DNA of 64,000 nucleotides from the human T2T-CHM13v2.0 reference genome, Homo sapiens. The notes below the pieces were generated by a model. The model did not search any database. It had not been told where the DNA came from and saw only the letters and a program-made list of their open reading frames with translations. Position 1 is the first letter of the stretch; each line of letters starts with the position of its first letter. A program made the position numbers and the translations under genes. Below are positions 55,339-64,000 of the stretch, piece after piece. The stretch lies in the NCBI RefSeq assembly GCF_009914755.1, contig NC_060927.1; one strand, 5' to 3'.

Positions 55339-57823
55339 CATCCTCATCTCTCTTAGATGCATTCATCATTTCAGCTATGCTCATGCCACTACCTAAGAGG
55401 CTCCTGCTCCTCTGCTTTCCCCAACTCTCTGAAAATCCCAGCCCTGACTGAACCCTATTACCTGCTCTCTTTTTTACCTGAGCAGCTGAACGTGGCTGGA
55501 GAGCGTCACAGCGCGGCAGAGCAGTTTGTGTCACTGGAATGCTTCAGGCACTGTCGTTGGTGTGCCCCCAACATTTACAAGCGCCCCCACCACTTCTCTG
55601 CTCCACATGCCACATTTCCCGGTGATTCTCCTAATGTCCTAATTGTCCACACACCTCAAACCCACACCATCTACCACCTTTCTTAGCAGACCATTTCACC
55701 TGCACCTGCAGGAGACAAAGAAACCATCAGAGAAGTTTCTCTTAACATCCCCCTGCCAAAACTGCGGGCCTCCTGGGGGCTGCACCTCCCCACCTCCTCC
55801 CTCCGCAGCCAATCCCTCTACCTGCACTTGGGTGCGGGTCACTCCCATGTTCCCTTCCATGGTCTCAACCCTCAGTTATTACTTCTCCTTCTGGTGTGTC
55901 CAACAATTTCTCTCAACATGTAAACACACCGAATGTTTTCCATCTTTAAAATTGGCCCCCCCACAACATTCTCCTGCAGCTCCTGCCTTCCTTCCCTCCT
56001 CCTCTTTAAGGCCAGAGTGATCAAAGTGTTGTTGGAACCACTCCCCTTCCACTCACTCTTCAACTCCCTGCCGCCTGGCTCCTCTGCATCACTCCTCAGG
56101 AAGGATTCTGGTCAAGCCACCAGTGGCCTCCATACTGCTCAGTTGGAACGATGTGCTTCTGTTGCTTCCCCCATGACCTCTCAGCAGCATTTCCTCATTT
56201 CGCCCTAAAATAATATCTCCTGGCTTTTATGAAAACACACTGGTTTGTTTTTCTTCTATTCTCACAAGGTCCCCATTTCCCAATCTAGTTAAGAAACGTT
56301 TGCGTTGCTAAATGAAACTCTTTTTCCCAATCTCAACGGAATCCCCAAGCACTCACATCCATGCCCACAGCCTCAATTGCCATCCAAAGGGGTGTTACAC
56401 AAACAAAGCTAGGCACATGATAAGCACTAGGTAAATGCTTTTTATCTATCTCTGTGTTGATAATTGTCAACACAGATCTCTCAACACAGATCCCCAACAC
56501 AGATCTCTCCTTAGCCTCCAGACATGTATGTATTTAACTGCCTATTTGACATCTCTAGATGGATATCTCAAAAGCACACTAAGCTCATCCTGTTCAAAAC
56601 TGAATGCACCATCCCTGCCGAGCCTGGTCCTTTTCCAGAACTACCTGGTGTGGTGGAGGATCCTACAGTCCATCCTCTTGTGCCCACTGGAAGCCTCATC
56701 CTCCGCATAGCCATCTATCTCCAGGGGTGCCAATTTCTCCTCCTTCCACTCATCTCCCTCCCCTTTGTGCTCCTCTAGCCCCAGCTGCCCTCATTTCCCC
56801 TGAACTTCTCCAGGAGCCTGCCACCTGAACTCCACATCCGCTCTGGTTTCCATCCACCCTGTTGCCAGGCCAATCTTTGCAAAGTGCAGATATGACCATA
56901 TCCAGCTTACTGCCCCTGGCCCAGCATTGTCTAAAACCCTTCACAGACTTCTCATCTCTCTAACGATAAAGAACAAAACTAATGACAGTAAAAGGGTCTG
57001 GACCCTGCCCCCCACTGCACTCACCGTCATTTTCTTGGTGGTTTAGTCCTGAAGGCCTCCATGAGGCTCTCTGTGCCGTGCCTCCACCCCACCCCAACAC
57101 AGGCCTGTGCAGATGCTGGTCCCCTGTCTGGAGGGCTCTTCCCCTCCACTCTTCACTTGGGTAACTCCTACTCACTCTTCATGTCTCGGCTTAAACCTTC
57201 TCCCTGACCCCTAGGGCTGCAAGGGGCTCTTTTATTGTAGCTTCATGGAACCCTATAATTTTTTCCCAGAGCAAAGAGGGAAACATGAATTTACTGGTGT
57301 GGTTACTTGAGTTCTGACTATCGCCCTACAGGCTGCAAGTTTTCAAGAGGGCAGAGCCTGTGTCTGATTTCCTCATGGTGGTGCCCTGGAGCCCAGCACA
57401 GGGCTTGGCAGCTGTGCCTCTCTAGACTCTTCCTGGACTTGAAGCTGTGATGGCACACCTTGTGAAAAAGGGCAATGGCAGCAGAGCCCAGAAAACATGT
57501 GCTCCGGGTTCTGCGAGCCAGGACTTCTCTTTTGTCCCCTCACTGTTAAACTCTGTGTCCATCTTTCGATGCCACTGCCCTGTGCTGGGATGGAGTAGAC
57601 CCCTGTGAGCTCACAGACCCTTGATCCAACTTGAGTCAGTTCCCCTTTACTTAGCTCCAGCTGGAACCTTTTTTTTTTAATTCCATAAAGTCTTGCTTTT
57701 AATAATATGTTACAAATAACTGAATGTGTCTTTATCAGGCAATTTTGGGGACAGAATCTGAGGCTTTCTTGCTAACACAGGCAGGGAGGGCTGATCCTGA
57801 CCTCTGGTTGTCCTTTCTCGCAG

Positions 57824-57965
57824 ATGATTTCTTCAGTCGCAGTTGTGCCCCTGGGTCTAATCCGGATTCCCCTCTCTGTGCTCTGTGTGGTGGCAGGTGC
57901 AATCCTGCCCACATATGGGCTTACAACAGCCAGGAGAGATACTACGGCTCCAGTGGGGCTTTCAG
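57824..57965 (+). pseudogene. INHCAP: Exon 13: [48 protein letters not shown]
   Basis: SCAPG..LC.LC motif; donor AG|GCAAGT (GC). Confidence 0.93.
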
Positions 57966-58454
57966 GCAAGTAATGTCTGTGCACCACCTTTATCTTTGCA
58001 CCAAGCCAGTACATTTCTTGTCCTGTCACTTCTTCCATCATCCCAGCATCTGGCTGCTGCATTTGGAAGGAGCCAGAATCTAGGAAACAGAACTACTGCA
58101 AACTTTGAATGGCTCCAATGACTCAAGTCCTGCTCTTCTCTAGGGCACTCTCCTGCAGACCCAGATGATTTAGGGCACCTTAGGGCACCTAGGGAGAAGC
58201 AAGAATGATGGCGGCAGAGTCACAACTCTAGTTCTACTTTTGCCACTTTCTTCTGTGTGACTGTGGACAAGTCAAGAATCCATCAGAGCCTTGGTTTAAA
58301 ATCACAGGGGGGACACCAGACACCTCACTTCTTACACTTGGCTGGTAAGTATATTTTAAAAATAGATATTCCTGGGCTCCTCCATCCATTCAAGAAATAT
58401 TTATTGAGCACCTAATAGGTATTGTTCTAACTAGAGGTGTTACAGCAGTTAAGC

Positions 58455-59041
58455 TGTTACCAACCATGGGTTGTTGGGCTCTCAATGCAATAGAAATTGT
58501 CATAAGGCCAAGATAGTTTTCCCAGACAAGGCTTTGTTGGAGCTTATGCCCAGGAATATGGGAGGCAACACAAGAGAGAGAGAATTTTCTGGCTGGCTCC
58601 CCAGAGGGTGTTGAAAAGGAAGTTGTAAAGGGGCCGCGGTGAGAAAGGAGTGATGTCTAGGAATGTAGAGGCAGGGAACTTTTAGCACCTCCACAGTTTG
58701 ATGACATGCTTCTTCATGCATCGCTTGTCTTATAAGCATGTTACATCTCCACCCCTGGGTGTGATTTTTAGTATTATAATGAAGCTAAAGTTAAGGATCA
58801 GTCATTCTCCTGGCCTTGCGTGCATGTGGGAGATAGTAAGATTTATGGTGGGAGCTGCTGCTTTTAGCTTCCTCAGGGTCCGGCAGTCAGCAGGTATGGC
58901 TCCTTGAGCAAGGTTTATGTTGCAAGGTCTGGAGGGGCTGGTTGGGGTCCCTGCCACCCATGGGGCCTCCCCTCTACCAGTTTGCAGTGAGGTCCTTGGT
59001 GGGGTATGGGGGGTACCAAGTCCTGTCCCTCTTCTGTCTCA
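58455..59041 (-). mobile_element. ERV1 solo LTR
   Basis: TG...CA ends with 4-bp TSD AAGC. Confidence 0.75.
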
Positions 59042-59834
59042 AAGCCACACATAATACCTGTCCCTCCCCTGCTCCCAGTCTTCTGGGGAAAGTAGGACAA
59101 CAGCACATAAATAAAGGGCAGGATACTTTCCAACTGTAAGTGCTACTGAGGAACCAAGGGAGGTGATGCATCAGCAACCAGTTTTAGAAATTTCAGAAAA
59201 GGTGGTCAGGGCAGGCCTCAGCAGGCAGAGGGGTCATGTGGGAATCAGGCCTGAGAAAACCTGGAGGAAGAGCAACGTAGGATGAAGGAACAGCAAGCAC
59301 AAAGGCATGGGGGCAGGGCAAGTCATGCTGTGTGGAGGCCAGAGAAGAAGGTCTGTGGATGAGGGCACAGAGAGAGAGGCACTGGCTGTCTCGGAGCCCT
59401 GTTGGCCTGGCTAAAGACGTAGATTTAACTCTAGGTATTGTGGGCAGTGCTGGACCTTTGAGGAAGCAGGGCAGTGCTGTATGAATGAGTTATGTGAACA
59501 ATGTATGAGGCTCTAGAAAGTTCTCTTTTATTCATAGACACCAGGGTATTCCACTACCAGACTACTTTGTCCTGCCCTCTCCAAAGTTTTCTCTCTTTCA
59601 TAAGCCATGCATAAATTACATATTTTCACAGATCTACAACAACATATACTATTATTACATTAAATCTGGATGAAATTGCTTAATTTTTCTTTACATCAGA
59701 AGGTGCATTGGTGTTAGGCTTGATGGTCTGTCTAGAACCACAACTTCTTCCAAAATGAACATACACATAAAAAGCAGTCTTAGCTTCAAACCTCTCATTC
59801 TCTCCATCTCCTACCTGTCTTTTCACTTCCTTGA

Positions 59835-62340
<2,506 letters not shown>

Positions 62341-63751
62341 CAAGGACCCCGTTGGTTGTAAGTGAGAAAACCTCATGTGAAGCAGCTTACACCAAGGGCA
62401 CTGTCTTGACAGGTGCTCTGGGTGCTCCCTCCTTGAAAGGGCTGATACCTGAGCCTAGGAGGCCAACGAAAATTCTTTAAGGGTAGGGTTGCCACATACA
62501 ATTCAGGATGTCCAGTTAAATTAGAATTCCAAATAGACAACACATGATTTTTTAATATAAGGGGATACACTCTGCTTCTCCCGTCTGCTTGTCTTTCTCT
62601 GCACATCTGCCTCATTGTTCTTCTCCCCTGCAGGGTGGGTTTTGGTTTCTCAGGCTACCTGGAGGGAAATGTTTGCAACCAGCAGTCCCAATGTTGTTAC
62701 AGTTCATCAGTTATAAAGGAGCAGTCAAACAAAGACCATAGTGTATTCGTCCCAATGCTCAGGAAGGGGGATTGACACAACAGTCTGGGCGAAAGCTTCC
62801 TGTTCACACAACTCATGCAGTGAAGTCACATTGTAAGGTGACAGCTGCCTCCACTGTGACCACATGGATTGAGGCGGCTGGGGTGGGGGGAGTTTGTTCT
62901 CAAAAAAGTAACAATGCTTGAGGGACCAAACAAGGACTGAATACACAAAGGGAATTTTGTTTTCCTGGATACAAAAATCACATTATAATGATGTAATAAT
63001 GGTTTAAGGATGGTTTAAGTGCAAGAATGACAAATAAGTGGAAAAGAATTGAGGTCCAAGAGAGATTCATGGATATATTGCCATTTGGTCACAAATGGTG
63101 ACATTTCAAATCACTGGGGAAAGAATGAACTTGAGAGACCCAATAAAATATATGCCAAGAACTGGCCCCTGTGCTCCCTGATGGGAGCACGTTTAATCAT
63201 GAGTGAGTCCTGGACGCTGGATGGGCAAGGGTCCAGGAGAGTGGTGGGAAGGGAGAGTGGTGGGAAGGGGTGCTGATGGTGAGTGAGGATGATTTCTTTT
63301 AGGTATTTGTATGAGTGGGAAGAGAAGCCCATTGCTGGAGAATAGGGTGGGATAAATGCAGGGTTTGTTGTTTTTGTAAAATGAAAAGACATAAATGTGA
63401 TGAAAAGGGCCCAGTGAACAGGGAAAGGTTCTAATTGAGTAAGAGAAAGAGTATAGCTGTAGCATAAGGTTGCCAAGAGTGAGGGCAGGGTCCCTGGTGA
63501 GGACATGTTTGCTGGGAGGGAGACCTTCCCTCCTCTGTACCTGGACGGCAGAAGAGGGCACTGGAGATGCAGGCTGGCAGATCTGTTGGAGGGATGCTGA
63601 GAAAAAGCCACATAATGAATTCTGTGTTTTCTCTGGGAAGCAGGAGCACAGGTCAGTGTATGAATGTTGTGGGGTAGGGGGATGTGGAGAGGCAGAAGTT
63701 TGTGGAAAGTGGGAAAATGTTTGCTCTACAGAGCAGGGAGGCAGCTGTCTA

Positions 63752-63912
63752 AAGCAGTGGTCCTCATGCTTGAGCATGGATCAGAATCTCCTGGAGGTCT
63801 TGTTAAGGCACAGGTCCCTGGGCCCCACCTCCAGAGCCCCAGAATTTGCATTTCCAACAAGTTTCCAGCCAACACTGATGCTGCTGGTTCCTCACCTCCA
63901 ACTTTGAGAACC
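63752..63912. mobile_element. MER5A-like DNA transposon
   Basis: cagtggtcctca...atttgcatttccaacaagtttccag...actttgagaacca. Confidence 0.75.
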
Positions 63913-64000
63913 ATTAGTTTAGAGTAGAGAAAGGAAAGCAGGAACGCTGAGGTGAAGTTAAGGATCAGGAAGGTTTCTTTTTGTTTACCTACCTTGCCCT

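Noticed and set aside
63049-63927. 145-194 aa ORFs at the window end
   Set aside because: No domain or exon structure recognised; overlap degenerate repeat sequence including MER5A

Overview
Primate (almost certainly human, chr3q22) genomic DNA. Positions 1-7.2 kb hold the 5' end of TOPBP1 on the minus strand: non-coding exon 1, coding exons 2-6 and a CpG-island promoter with an E2F site. From 19.8 to 58 kb on the plus strand lies an unprocessed transferrin-family pseudogene (INHCAP/TFP1, inhibitor of carbonic anhydrase). I could rebuild its exons 1-13, with stops, frameshifts, broken splice sites and a mostly deleted exon 6. The rest is largely interspersed repeats: many Alus, a full-length L1PA with target-site duplication (TSD), ERV1 solo LTRs, DNA transposon fossils, and U6 and 5S retrocopies. 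The most interesting observations: (1) an old second copy of the ICA intron 10-exon 11-intron 11 segment next to the TOPBP1 promoter; (2) an open antisense L1 ORF0 whose splice donor would join TOPBP1 exon 2 in frame; (3) an apparent gene-conversion tract between two inverted L1s; (4) a template-switch scar at an Alu junction beside the exon 6 deletion; (5) a TF-like exon 7 among ICA-like exons. No prokaryotic-type systems were seen. Repeat subfamily calls and comparisons to TF/ICA/L1 come from my memory of those sequences, not from computed alignments.
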